Source of the DNA: Scenedesmus sp. PABB004
Lineage: Eukaryota
Length of the DNA: 64,000 nucleotides
Reading direction: 5' to 3'
Assembly (NCBI GenBank): GCA_014905635.1
Contig: CM026547.1
Span: 186,001-250,000 of the forward strand
Shown here: positions 1 to 12,360 of the stretch, in pieces
Layout: every line of letters begins with the position of its first letter
How positions within the stretch are numbered: the stretch's first letter is position 1
Notes under the pieces: model-generated
What the model was told of the DNA's origin: nothing
The model's input: the letters and a program-made list of their open reading frames with translations, nothing else
The model's database searches: none
Made by a program: the position numbers and the translations under genes

Positions 1-198
1 ACGACGACGCTGAGGCTGCTCTGGCTCCAGTCGTTGCCGGCGAGGTTGTACGCGAGGCACGGGTCCGCGCCCGCCGCGCGCGCCGCGGCCTCCTGCTGCT
101 CGTCCAGCTCCGCCGACAGGCCGCCCACGCCGACGGGCGGCACCGCCGCCGGCGGCGACGGCGCGACCGCGGCGGCGCCCGCGCCCGCGCCTGCGCGA

Positions 199-236
<38 letters not shown>

Positions 237-663
237 TGGTGCGCGGCCGGCCGCGACGCCGACGCCGCGCATCGCCCAGCGCAGGGCCGGCGCCCCTGCG
301 CGGCTGCCGGGGGCGCCCGGCCCTCCGATCGCGCGCATAGGGTTGCCCCGCAAGCAGCGCAACCGCCGCTGCTGCTGCCGCCGGCGCCGCCGGCCCCACG
401 GACGCACCTGGCTGATCCGCCGCGCGCGCCGGCTGCCAGCGCCGCCGGGCGCATGGGTCCGCCCTGCGGCAGAGGCGCCCGCGGGTGAGCCCGCCGAGTG
501 CCGGAAAGGCTGCCGCCGGCGCAGCCGCGCCCTGCGCTCGCTGCGCGGCGCTCCCGCACCAGGATCGCCCCCGCACGCCTCCCGGAGGCAGGCGCTGCCG
601 CGCCTGCGCCGCGGGCGGCCGGGCCGCGCCCGGCCCTCTCGGTGCGGCGCGTGCGAGCTGCAT
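1..663 (-). CDS. 5' part of a gene truncated by the window edge; possibly plastid glucose-6-phosphate dehydrogenase
   Basis: Minus-strand exon 190->1 reads ...GADPCLAYNLAGNDWSQSSLSVVV after a CAG acceptor at 191. 'LSVVV' resembles the LSIVVVGASGDLA start of plastid G6PDH, but the diagnostic motif lies outside the window. Candidate ATG at 663 (MQLARAAPRG..., transit-peptide-like). Confidence 0.3.
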
Positions 664-1137
664 GATCGCGCCGGGGCGTCGCGACCGGGCGTCGGGACGG
701 CGGGAATGCGCGCTGGAGCGGCGGAACGCGCTGGAGTGCCGACCGACGCGGCGGCGGCGGCGTGGACCCCGCGCGAACGGGCGCACGGCAGTTGGGGCCA
801 CACGCCCCCCTGGGGCCCGCGCGTGATCGGTCGTCGTCGCCCGTGAATGTCGACGCGGCAGGCACGCGAGCGTCGATCGACCGATGCTGCGCGCGCGGGC
901 GCGCGCGGCGGGGCGCCGCCGGCGTGCTGCGGCGTTCGTTGAACCCTGCTGCCGCCCAGGGCTGCGTTCGAGATTGCATACAAGCGCTCCTCCTCCGGCC
1001 GCTTCACAGCGCTTCATCCCCCCTGGACGCCGCGGCTGCCGCTGCCGCCGCCGCGTGCGCGCAGCGCAGCAGCACCAGCTCTCAGGCAGCGCCGCCCGCG
1101 CATCGCCCTCGCGTGGCCAGGGCATCGCGTGGCCCAA

Positions 1138-2320
1138 ATGGCCGCCGCCGCGGCGCGGCCCGGCGCGCCCCGGGCGGGCGGCACCGCTGCGATCCGCGCG
1201 GGGCGCTCGCCTCGCGTCTTCTGCCGCGCCGCTGGGCCTGACGCGGTGACCAGCAGGTGGGCCACGGTGTCTAGCAGCGTGGGGGCTTGCCGCAGCGCGG
1301 CCGGGGGCCGCCAGCGCGGTGGCGTCGCGGGGCTGCTCTCGAACGCTGCTGCTGCTGCGGCCGCTCCCCTGGCACGCCGCCCGCGCGGCGCGGGGCGGAG
1401 GCCCCAGCGCCGTCCCGGGAGCAGCGGCGCCGCACGGCGCCGCGCACGGGCGGGCGGGTCGCGCCGCCGCGCCGACGGCGGCGCAGCGCGCGCAGCGGCG
1501 CTGCAGCGACCGCGCCGCGCCGCCGCCGCCGCCGCAGGCGCGACCTGCTGGTCGCGCGCGCGCGCGCGCTGTACGAGGAGGCCTGGACCGCGGGGCGCGT
1601 GCGGGTGCTGGACAGCATCATGGCGGAGGACCACGCGCAGGTGGACCGCGTGTGGCAGGCGTCCCCGGGCGTGGGCCGGCGGCGCATGAAGCGCGGCATC
1701 CTGGCCTACCGCGCCGCCTACCCAGACATACGGCGAGCGCTGCTGCTGCTCGCAGGGACAGGAACCAGGAGGGCGCGGCTCACGCCGCGCCCCGGCAGCG
1801 CGCCCGGGGCGCGCCGCTGCGACGCGTGCGGCCCACGCGCCGCCGCGGCCGCGCGCGGGGCGCAGGTTTGAGGTGCAGACCGTGGCGGCGGCGGAGGGCA
1901 GCGACCAGGTGTTTGTGTATTGGTGAGCGCGCGCAGTCGGCGGCGGCGGCGGCGTGCCGCGCAGCAGCAGCACGCGCCACCGCCCCCGCGCGCCGCGCGT
2001 TGCAGGACCGCGAGCGGGACCAACACGGGGCCGATCCGCGAGGCGCCGCCGAGCGGCCGGCGCGTGGAGTTTGCGGGCATCTCGCTGCTGTGCTTCAACG
2101 CCGAGGGCCAGATCGAGCAGAGCCTCGTGTTCAGGCGAGCGGGCCCGCGTGGTGGCGCGGCGGCGGGGCTGGGAGCCCGCGCGCCGTTGCACAGCGCGAG
2201 CCGTGAGCTGCGCCCGCCGCCGGCAGGCAAGCGCCCGAGGACGAGAAGGCGTACTTCCTGGCGGCTGCCGCTGCCGCCGCGGCCGCCGCTGCGGCAGAGA
2301 GCGCGGGCGGCGCGCCGTGA
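1138..2320 (+). CDS. SnoaL-like / ester cyclase (NTF2-fold) protein with probable transit peptide, multi-exon
   Basis: Spliced exons read RDLLVARARALYEEAWTAGRVRVLDSIMAEDH...GRRRMKRGILAYRAAYPDIR|FEVQTVAAAEGSDQVFVYW|TASGTNTGPIREAPPSGRRVEFAGISLLCFNAEGQIEQSLVFR|QAPEDEK...; the 'YPD', 'W.ASGT..G' and 'PPSGR.V...G' patterns are typical of SnoaL. TGA at 2318-2320. Confidence 0.8.
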
Positions 2321-2875
2321 GCGCGCCGTGCGCCGAGGTGCGTGGGCCGGGGCGCGCGCCCCGCGGCGGCCGCGGCTCCAGCAGGTCCTGCACCGTGGTA
2401 CGACTCGGACCAGTCAAAGCCGGTGCGCACCTCGAGACCAGCCCGCCGCGCGCCCGGGCGGGCGAGCTGGCAGCGCGGGCGGGCGCGTCGGCCGCGCCGT
2501 GCCGGGCGGCGCGCCGACCCGCGCCGACCCGCGCGCGCCGCGCCGCACGCCCCGCCGCAGGCACCGTGACCGACGCTCTGCGTCGCGCCCGCACCGTGGG
2601 CGCCGTCGCACTGCGGTTCGGGCGCCAGGCTGGCGGGCAAGTCGCGGGCGCGGTCCCGGACCCTGTTCCGGCGCCCGGGTGCGCCCGTCGGCGCCCCGCC
2701 GCTCCTCGCCGCGTTGTTTGCTGGCGCCCCACCCACTCCGCTCGCCCGCAGGTCGCCGTTTGCCGGGCTGCCCGCCGCAACAACAGGCTCCGCCCCGGCG
2801 CCGTGGCCATGCGGTTGCGGCCTCATTGAGCCCGCCGTCTGGCGCACGGGCCCGGGCGGCCCCGGCGGCCGGGGC

Positions 2876-5772
2876 ATGAGCGGCGCGGCCAAGCGCAGGC
2901 TGAGCATTGCTGAGGGCGAGCCCGACGAGCCATGCTCGTCCTCCTCCGTGCCCGCGCAGAAGCGCCCCCGCGCCAGCAGCGACAGCGCCGGCCAGGTGGC
3001 GCGCGAGCACGCGCTGCGCCGCGGCGGCGGGGCCGGCGGGCGCCGCTGCTCACGGGCGCCCGCCGGCGCGCGCAGGCGGCGCGGGCGCAGCGCTTCCGGG
3101 CCTCCGCGCAGGTCCTGCGGCCGGGCATCCCCAACCCCATCCGGCTCTCGGCGTTCAAGCTCGCCGACAAGCCCAGCCCGCCGCTGCGGGGCGACGACAA
3201 GGTGCGCACCTTGTCGACGCACGCCGCCGCCGCCCGGCCCCCGCGAGCCGCGCCGCCCGCGACTCGCGGCGACCCACGTGGCCCGGCCGCACGGCACGTG
3301 CCGCCCCCGCTCCCCCCGCAGGAGGGGCACTACAACTATGAGCTGGGCGAGAACATCAGCTCGCGCTGTGAGCGGCGGGCCTGGCGCGCGCACGCGCCAC
3401 GCGCCCAGGGCCTGCCTGCGCGGCCTGCGCAGCCGCGCGCGCGCGCCCGCCCACGCTCACGAGCGCCCCGCCCCGCGCGCGCCGCGCCCTCCCCCAGACA
3501 AGATCCTCAGCAAGTTTGGCGAGGGTGCGCGCCGCAGCCCCGCCCCGCCGGCTCCGCGCCGCGGCCCCGCCGCTCACCGCCCCCGTGCCGCGCCGCGCGG
3601 CCGGCGCCCTGCGCGCAGGCACGTTTGGGCGCGTGCTGGAGTGCTGGGACCGCGCGACCAAGGACTATGTGGCGGTCAAGATCGTGCGCAACGTGGACAA
3701 GTACCGCCACGCGGCCATGATCGAGCTGGAGGTGCTCAACACGCTGGAGCAGAACGACCCCCACAACACGCGGTGCGGCGCGGCGCGGACCACGGGGGAG
3801 CGGCGCGCGAGCGCGCTGGGCGCGGCGGCGGCAGCGGTGGGCGCTGCGGCGGCAGTTGGCGCGGCAGCGGCGGCGGCAGCGGCGCCGGCGTGGCAGCTGC
3901 GGGTGGAGGCGCCGCCTCCGCGTCCCCCGGCCTGCCACGCTCACGGCGCGCTCCCCGCCCCTCCCACGCACGCGCTGCCGGCGCCGCCGGCAGGCACTGC
4001 GTGAAGCTCAAGGAGTGGTTCACCTACCGGGGCCACGTGTGCATGGTGTTTGAGAAGCTCGGCCCCAGCCTCTACGACTTCCTGCGCCGCAACGAGTACC
4101 AGCCGCTGCCGCTCGCGCTCGTGCAGGCACGCCGCACCCGGGCGCCGCGCGGGGCGCGGCCGCGCGGCCGCGCGCGGCGCGGGAGCGCTGCACGGGGCGA
4201 GCCGCCGACTGACTGGCCCCGCCGCGCCGCCGCGCCGCCGCAGGCCGTCGCGCGGCAGGTGCTTGAGGCGGCCGCGTACATGCACGAGCTGGGCCTGGTG
4301 CACACCGACCTCAAGCCGGAGAACATCCTGCTCGCGGCGCACGACCACATGAAGCTGCCGCCGCTGCCGCCCGGCACGTGCGTCGCTGCGCCCGCGCCCG
4401 CACCGCGCCCGCGCGCGCCGCCGGCCGCGCGCCGCCGGCCGCGCCGCGCCGCGCCGCGCCGCGCCGCGCGCACTGCCCCCCGACGCGCCGCCGCCGCCGC
4501 CGCCGCCGGCGCCGGGCGCCGGGCGCCGGGCTGCGTGCAGCGTGGAGCGGCGCGTGCCGCGCGACGCGACGCTGCGCGTCATCGACTTTGGCAGCGCGAC
4601 TTTTGAGGAGGGCTACCACAGCAGCATCATCTCCACGCGCCACTACCGCGCGCCGGAGGTCATCCTGGGCCTGGGGTGGAGCTACCCGTGCGACATGTGG
4701 AGCGCGGGCTGCATCCTCGTCGAGCTCGCGGTCGGCGACGCGCTGTTCCAGACGCACGAAAACCTGGAGCACCTCGCGATGATGCAGCAGGCGCGGCGCG
4801 GCGCGCGGCGCGGCTGTGTGTGTGTGTGTGGGGGGGGGGGGGGCGTGGGGCGCGGGCGCCGGGCGGCAGGGGCGCGCGCGGGGCACTGCGCCGACCTCCG
4901 GCCGCCGCCGCCGCCGCCGTGTCTGGTGGCCGCCAGGTGCTGGGCCCGATGCCGGAGGCGATGGCGTCGCGCGCCGACAAGCACAGCGCGGGCTACTTCA
5001 CGCTGACGCCGCCCGGCGGCGGCGGCGGCGGCAGCGGGCCGCTGCGGCTCGCGTGGCCGGAGGGCGCGAGCCGCAAGAGCCTGCGCGCGGTGCGGCGGCT
5101 GACCGACCTGCGCGGCCTGCTCGCGGCGCGCGCCGACGCGTCCGTGCCGGGCGGCGGCGAGGCGGTGGAGGCGCTGGCCGACCTCGTGGCCGGCATGCTG
5201 CGGTGAGCCCCGCGGCGCCGCGCAGCGCCGCGCGCCGCCCCCCGCGCGCCGCGCGCCGTCGCTGACGCCCCGCCGCCGCGGCCGCCGCGCGCGCGCGCAG
5301 GTACGACCCCGCGACGCGCACGACCGCGGTGGAGGCGCTGCAGCACGAGTTCTTCGCCGCCCGGCTCGACATGCCCGTGGGCGAGGGCGGCACGCCCGAG
5401 CCCAGCGCCGCGACCGCCGCGGCGGCGGCGACGATGGCGAGCCTCCCGCAGCAGGCCGCGGCGCAGGCGGGCGGCGGCGCCGGCGCCGGCGGCGAGCTGG
5501 AGCTGGACCAGGAGATGCTGGAGAGGGGCCTGCCGCTCGCGGGGGTGGTGGCGCTGCAGCTGCCGCCGGCCACGGGCGTGGGCGGCGACGTTGCGGCCGA
5601 GGCGGTCGCGGCGCGCGCGGCGCGCGCGGCGGCCGCCGCCGCGGGCGGCGCCGCCTGGCGCGGCGCGCCGGCGGGCGTGCAGCAGCTGCTGGTGCAGCAG
5701 CAGGCGCTGCACGCGCTGCACGCGGCGGGCGCCGCGGGGCGCGAGGCGCGCGACGACGGCGCGCTGCAGTAG
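2876..5772 (+). CDS. LAMMER/CLK (AFC-like) dual-specificity protein kinase, multi-exon
   Basis: [110 protein letters not shown] at 5770-5772. Confidence 0.95.
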
Positions 5773-7816
5773 GCGGCGCGGCCGTGTGCGGTCAGCCGGG
5801 GCGCGCGCGCGCGTGCGCGCGCGCGCGCCCCAGCTGCCGCTGCTGGGGGGAGGGCGGCGGGCAGGGCGGGGTTGGCGCTGCGACACGCGGGGTGTCGCCT
5901 GCGCGGGGCGGCGGGCGGGGAGAACTGGGGCCTTGGGACACCACTGGATTGCGGCCGCCGTGACACCCCAGCGCTGCGTTGGCGGGGGCTGATGGGCGCC
6001 GCCGCGCGGCGTGCTCGCGTGGCGCGGCGGCGAGGTTGCTGGCGGATGACAGACGACGACCGACCCGCTGACCGGCGACGACGAGAGACCGCCGTTGTAC
6101 TTCTGGACCGCTGACCGGCTTGACTTGACGCGCGTGGCGTGGCGTGCACACTTGGCATCGTGCCGGCGGCTGTGCGGTCGGTCGCGTCAAGGACGGCGGC
6201 AACTGTGAGCTCCGTCGCCGCCCCGGCCGCTCCTCCGGCAGTTCCCCGTCCTCCCCTGCTGCCACAGCCGATCCAGGGGCGCGGGCAAAGCCGCGCGACG
6301 CGGTCGCCGGCGGGCGCTGCCCCGCCGGCAGCGCATCGAAACGCCAGCCGCGCCGCCTCTCGTCGCGGGCATGGACTCATTTCGCGCAGCCCCGTCGGCC
6401 GTCGCGGCGGCCGGAAGCGCGCGGTGCGACGCGCCGCGGCCCGCCATCGCGCCCAGCAGCTGGCCCAGCTGCTGGGCGGCAGCCGCGCCTCGTCAGCGTG
6501 GTCGACGTTCCGGGCGCTCACGCTCGACGCTCCGGCTGCGCGACGGCGCTCCGCGACGACGCAGGGGCCGCGGCAGCGATGCGCAACGCCAGCAGCTCCC
6601 GGCGGGGCGCGGGGTGTCGCCCTGACGCCCACGCACCGCCACGGCGGCCTCCCAGCAGCGCGACGACGATCCGGCGCAGCGGCGCCACCAACGGCCGCCG
6701 CTCCGCGATGAGGCGAGCCGGCTGCCGGCGGCGGGCTCAGCGCGCTGGCTGGTGAGCGAGCTCGCGGCGAGCCGGCCACGGCCTGGCACGGCGGAGGAGG
6801 GCTGCCGGAGGGCAAGCGCACGCACACGCGGCACCCGAGGCCGCCACTACTAGTCGGCGTGGTCGGCGAGAGCAGCGGCGCGCAGCCGCCAGCACTGGTA
6901 CTACGAATGAGCCGCTGATGAGCGCGCCGGTCGTTTTGCGCGAGTAGTGGGCCTCTCTCAGGGGGGGAGTACGGGAAAAAGCAGCTTGCGCGGGCGGTGG
7001 CGGCAGCTTGCGCGCCGCGCCCGCACGGGTCGGGCAGGGCCGCAGCGCGCGCGCCGGGCGTACGTTGGGGGCGTGGTTGGTTGCCCGCTGCACTGCACTG
7101 TCCCGGCGGCGGCGGGCCGCCGGGCCAGAACTCTCACACTGCTCTACCATGTGCTGCGAATCGCAGCCTGCGATGCGATGCCATGCACTCTACTACCAGC
7201 GATTGCCGCGCCACCGAGCGAGTAGCGGCCCGAGCGGCACTTCGCCACTATGCATATAACGTGCGCGCGCCGCGGCTCACGGTTCCTTAGGGCAGGGCTA
7301 CGCCGCGCGGCCCCCGCCCCCCTGGCGGCGCGGGGCGGCGCCGGCCGGGCCGCCCCGCTCTTATTACTCCTGTTGCGATGGCGATCTCTCTGCCTCTGCC
7401 TCTGTCCCTCTCTCCCTCTCCCCAACTCCAACTCTGTGTGTGCGGTCGGCACCGGTCCGATATGCCTGCAGCTCTCTGCGCGGCAACGCGCCCGCTGCTT
7501 CGTCGTCGCGTGTCTTGACGGTGTGTGTGCGCGCGCAGTGCGGGAGTGCGGTGCGGTCGCGCCGGTGGGTCGGTCTCGGCGCGCCGCCGAGCAGGAGTAA
7601 CGCCGCCGGCGGAGTCACACCGCGCGCGCATGCGCAGGAATCGCTCTCCCGTTCGCTCCCCCAAAACTGCCTCGCTCGCAAAACATGGGTGCGCTCCCAG
7701 CACCGCATGCCGCGCCGCGCCGCCGCCGCCGCCGCGCGGGGCTGGCCGGGCCCGCGCACCGCGCGCCCGCAATCACGTCACACGCCCCGCGTGATCACGC
7801 CACGTGTCCCGCGTGG

Positions 7817-10531
7817 TCACGCGGGCGCGGCCTTGTGCGAGAGCAGGAAGTCGGCGAGGTACTGCAGCGGGTCGTCGGGGCGGGCGAGGTTGAGCGCCTT
7901 GAGCCCCTCCCGCAGCACCGGGATGACCGTGGCGTCCATGTACGCGCGCACGGGCATGCCCTTGGCCGCGACGCCCGGCCCCGCCGCCGCGCCAAAGCCA
8001 AAGTCGAGCAGCGCCGCCGTCGCGGGCGCGGCGGCGCCCGCGGCGGCAGCGCCCGCGACCGCCGCCGCCGCGGGCGGCGCGGCGCCGCCGTTGGCGAGCG
8101 GCGCGGGCGCGCCGTTGGCGTGCGGCGGCGCCGGCGGCTGCAGCTCCGGCATCAGGCCCGGGCAGCGCGCGGCGATGAGCGCCTGCAGCTGCGCGAACGC
8201 CGCCTCGAGGTCGCCGTTGACCAGCGTGTGGTCAAACAGGCCCGGGTCCTGCGCGGCGCGCCGCGGCGCGGTCGGGGCGCGGCCGGCGCGAGGGCGCGAG
8301 GGGCGCACCCGCCGTGTCGCGCGCGCGCGCAAGCGGCGGCCGTGCCGCCGCGCCCCGCACCTGCGCCTTTGCGATCTCCGCCTGTGCGTTGGCGAGGCGC
8401 TCGCGGATCTTCTCCTCCGACTCGGTCCCCCGCGCGCGCAGGCGGCGCTCGAGCTCCGCGTGGCTCGGCGGCGCAATGAATATGAAGAGACACCCACGCC
8501 CCAGCGCGCTCGCGCGCACCTGCGCCGCGCGCACGCGCCGGCGCGTCGGCGCGTAAGCAGGCGCGCGTGCGGGGCGCGGCGCGCTGCGGCGGGCTTGCGC
8601 GGCGCCGCTGCGGGCGCGGCGCGGCGGGTGGCGCGCCTGCGCGGCGCCCTGGACGTCGATGTCGAGCACGCAGTGCTTGCCCTCGCTGCTCACGCGCGCG
8701 ACGGCGGCGAGGCTGGTGCCGTACATCTGGCCGTGCACGACCGCGTGCTCCAGGAACATGCCCGCACCCACCTGCGGCGCGCGGCGGGCGGGCAGCGGCG
8801 GCGGTTCAGGGCCGAGGGTTCAGGGCTGCGAGGCGCAGCCCGGCCGGCCGGCCGGCTCCCGCATGGCTCTGCCCCGCGCGCAGGCCGGCCAGCGCGCGGC
8901 GCGGCCGCCCGGCGCGCGCGCGCGCGCCTGCTGGGTCATGGCCCCCGGGTCGGTGAAGTAATAGTGGCTGCCGTGCGCCTCGCCCGGGCGCGGCGCGCTG
9001 CGCGGCGCGCGGCGCGGCACGGCGTGCGCGTCAGCGGCGGCGCGCCAGCAGTGGCGGGGGCATCGGCAGCGGCGGCAGTGCGCCGGCGCGGCGGCGCCCG
9101 GACAGCCGCGCGCCGCACCGCGTGGTGTGGCTGACTGAGAAGCCGAAGCGGTCGGGCCAGCGGGCCATGAGCTTAGCGATGAGCGTGCCCTTGCCCACGC
9201 CGCTGGGGCCGCACACCACGATGGGCGTGCGGATGCCAGACAGGTCCATCTGCACGCCGCCGCCCGGCGGCGGCGCCGCCGCGGCCGCCGCGCCGGCCGC
9301 CGCGGCCGCCGCGCCGGCCGCCGCGCCAGCTGCGCCCGCGGCCGCCGCCGCGCCAGCTGCGCCCTCGGCCGCGGGCGCGGGCGCGGGCGCCGCCGCTGCG
9401 GCGTGCTCCGCCTCGAGTCGTTCGATCACGGCGCGCGTCGCGGCAAAGACCTCGTCCGGCGACCCGCCGGCGTCGACCTCCGCCAGCCGCCCCTCGCTGC
9501 GCAGCGCGTCCACCACCGGCATGCTCTCCTCGCTGCCGGCGCGCGGCGGCGGCGGCGGAGGCGGGAGGGGGCGGCGGGGAGTGAGCGGCGCGGCGGCAGT
9601 CGCTGCCGGTGCTCGCGCCGCCGCTGCCCGCGCTGGCTGCGCCCGGGCGAGCCGCACGTGAAGACGACGAAGCGCTTGGCCATGGTCTCCTCGTTGTCGT
9701 CCACGCGCCCGCTGCTCGCGCCGCGCCCGCGCAGCCGCTCGCGCGCCGCCGCCTCGGACACGCTGTAAAAGAGCGCCAGCCGGCAGGGGCCGACCTGCGG
9801 CGGCGGCCGCGCCCGCAGCGGCGGCGCGGGCGGCGCTCGGGTGAGCCGCGGCCGCGGCGGCGCGGCAGCGGCGCGGCTGCGGGCGCGGCGCAGCGGCGGT
9901 GAGGCGGCGGCGGCGGGCCGCACCGTGGCCTCGAACTCGCGCAGCTGGTCGAGCTTGCGGGGGAAGCCGTCGATGAGGACGCGCGGCTGCCCGCACCGCG
10001 CGATGGCGGCGCGCAGCAGGCCGATGATCATGCTGGCGGGGACCATCTTGCCCTCCTTCATGATCGCCTCCGCCTGCCGGCCCTGCGGCGGCGGCGCGTC
10101 GGGCGCGGCGCGCGCCGCCGCGGCGCGCCCCAACTGCCGCGCCGCCCGCCGCCGCCGGGCGCGCGCCGGCCTGCGGCGGCGGCGCAGGCCGGTGCACGGC
10201 GCCGCGGGGGAGCTGCCGGGCGTCGCCGCGGGCGGCCCCCGGCGCCCGAGCGGGCGCGCGGGGCGCTGCCAGGCCGGCGCCTCACCGCCTCGCTGCCCGA
10301 CGCCACCTCCGCCCTCAGCAGGTCGCCGGCGGAGACGTGGCCCCAACCGGCGTACTTCTCCACGACCCTGCCGCACTGGGTGCCCTTCCCGGCGCTGCGT
10401 GGGCGAAGCCGGCGCGATGGCGGTCAGCGCGGCGCAGGGGGGCGCCCAGGCCGCCCCGCCGCCCGGCCAGAGACCTACCCCGGCGCTCCCAACACGAAGA
10501 CCAGCAGCGGCGGCCTGCTCGACGCCTCCAT
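7817..10531 (-). CDS. Fusion protein: adenylate/UMP-CMP kinase + guanylate kinase + C-terminal Dpy-30 motif
   Basis: N-terminal [48 protein letters not shown] (NMP kinase). Ala-rich linker within one exon (~9250-9410). [55 protein letters not shown] (guanylate kinase). [38 protein letters not shown] (Dpy-30). Confidence 0.9.
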
Positions 10532-10996
10532 GCTGGCGGGCTGCGGCGGGCGCGCAGTACGGGCGCCGGCGCTCGCTGGCCAGGTCCGGAAGGCGCGGCG
10601 CCGATCGGAGAGGGGCTGCCCACGGCGCCGCGGGCGTCCACGCGGCCGCTGCGCCACGTTGTCATTTCCAGCCCGCGCGCCGGCCGCGTTCCCGGGGCCG
10701 CGAGTCCTCCCGGCGTGCGCGTGCGGCCGCCACACAAACCCTCGCAGCCCGGCGTGGCGCAGACCTCGCAGCAGCAGCGCACGGCGGTCGATCATCAGCA
10801 CTCGCGGCCACCTCCCGCGCCCCTCGCGCACCCCCGCGCCACGCCGCCCGCCCGGTTGGGGCGCGCAGGCAAGTCTCGCCACCTGTCCCGCTGGCAGGGG
10901 CCGGCAGCTGCGCGGCATCAGCAGGCGCCCGGCCGAGAGCAGCAGGAGAGGGTGCAGCCCCCGGCGCATGGCCGCCCCGGCGGCGCCCCGCGCACC

Positions 10997-12327
10997 ATGA
11001 GCAAGGATCGCAGCCGGGAGCGGGGGCGCTCCCACCACGAGCGGGTGAGGCGCGGCGCGGGCCGGCGGCGCCGCGGCAGGCGCGACAGCGGCGGGCAGCG
11101 GCAGCGGCGGGCGCGGATTGGCGTGGCGCCGCGCGTGGCGCTCCGGCGGGGCCGCGGGCGGGGCCGCAGGCGGGGCACGGGCGTGGGCGCGGGGCGCGGG
11201 CGCGGCCGGCCGCGCGAGCGGCGCCGCACCCAGCAGCAGCGCCCCAACCCCCGCCGCCGCCGCCGCCGCACCCGCCTCGCGCAGGAGCGGAGCAGGGAGC
11301 GCAGCAAACACACTAGCAGCCGGCACAGGGACCGGTCCCGGGACCGCGACAGGGAGCGGCGGCGCAGGTGCGGCGGCGGCGCCGGCGCCGCGCGGCCCGT
11401 GCGCGGCGGCTGCCCGGCGGGGCTGACGCGCGCTGGCCCGCCCGCCCGCAGGTCGCGCAGCCGCTCGCACAGCAGGGGCCGGGAGCGCAGCAGCCGGCAC
11501 CGCTCCCGGGACCGCTCGCGCTCGCGCTCGCCCGGCGACGACGACGGCCGCAAGCGGCGGCGCACCGATGAGGAGCGCGGCGCGCCGCCCGCGCCGGCGC
11601 AGCAGCCGTCGCCGCAGCAGCAGCTGCCGCACGGCGCGCCGGCGGCGGCCCAGTCGCAGCAGCAGCAGCAGCAGCAGCAGCAGCACGCCCTGCAGCAGCA
11701 GGCGGCGCTGACCGAGGAGGAGCGCGAGGCGGCGCACAAGAAGAAGCGCCAGGACGAGCAGGTGTGGCGCGGCACCCCCGGGGGGGGGGGGGGGGGGGCC
11801 CGGCGCGCGGCAGGCGCAGCGGCGGGCGCAGCGGCGGTACGCTTGCGCCGCGCTGCGCCCACCCGCGCTGCTGCCGGCCGCGCGCGCGCGCGCGCGCTTG
11901 CAGGACGCGCTGGACGCCGAGATGGAGGTGCGGCGGCAGCGCGTCGAGGAGTGGCGCCGCAAGCGCGCCGCAGAGGCGGCGGCGGCGGAGCAGGAGCGCA
12001 AGGCGGCGGAGGAGGCGGCCGCCGCGGCGGCGAGCGCCAAGGGCTGGTCGCTGGAGGACGACGACGAGGACGAGGACGGCCACGCGCACGCCGGCGACGA
12101 GGTGCGCGGCCCGGCGGGGGCCGCGCGCGACGCGTGTCGCAGCAGACCGCGCGCCGCGCCGCGCCCGCGCGCCCGCGCCCGCCCACCGCGCGGCGGCCGG
12201 CGTCTTCCCCTCTCACCCGCCCTGCGCCGCCGCGCCGCCGCTGTTGCCGCGTCCGCTGCGTGCAGGACGAGGAGGACCCGCTGGATGCCTTTATGGCCGG
12301 CAACGCCGCAGCGGCGGCGCCGGCCGC

Positions 12328-12360
<33 letters not shown>

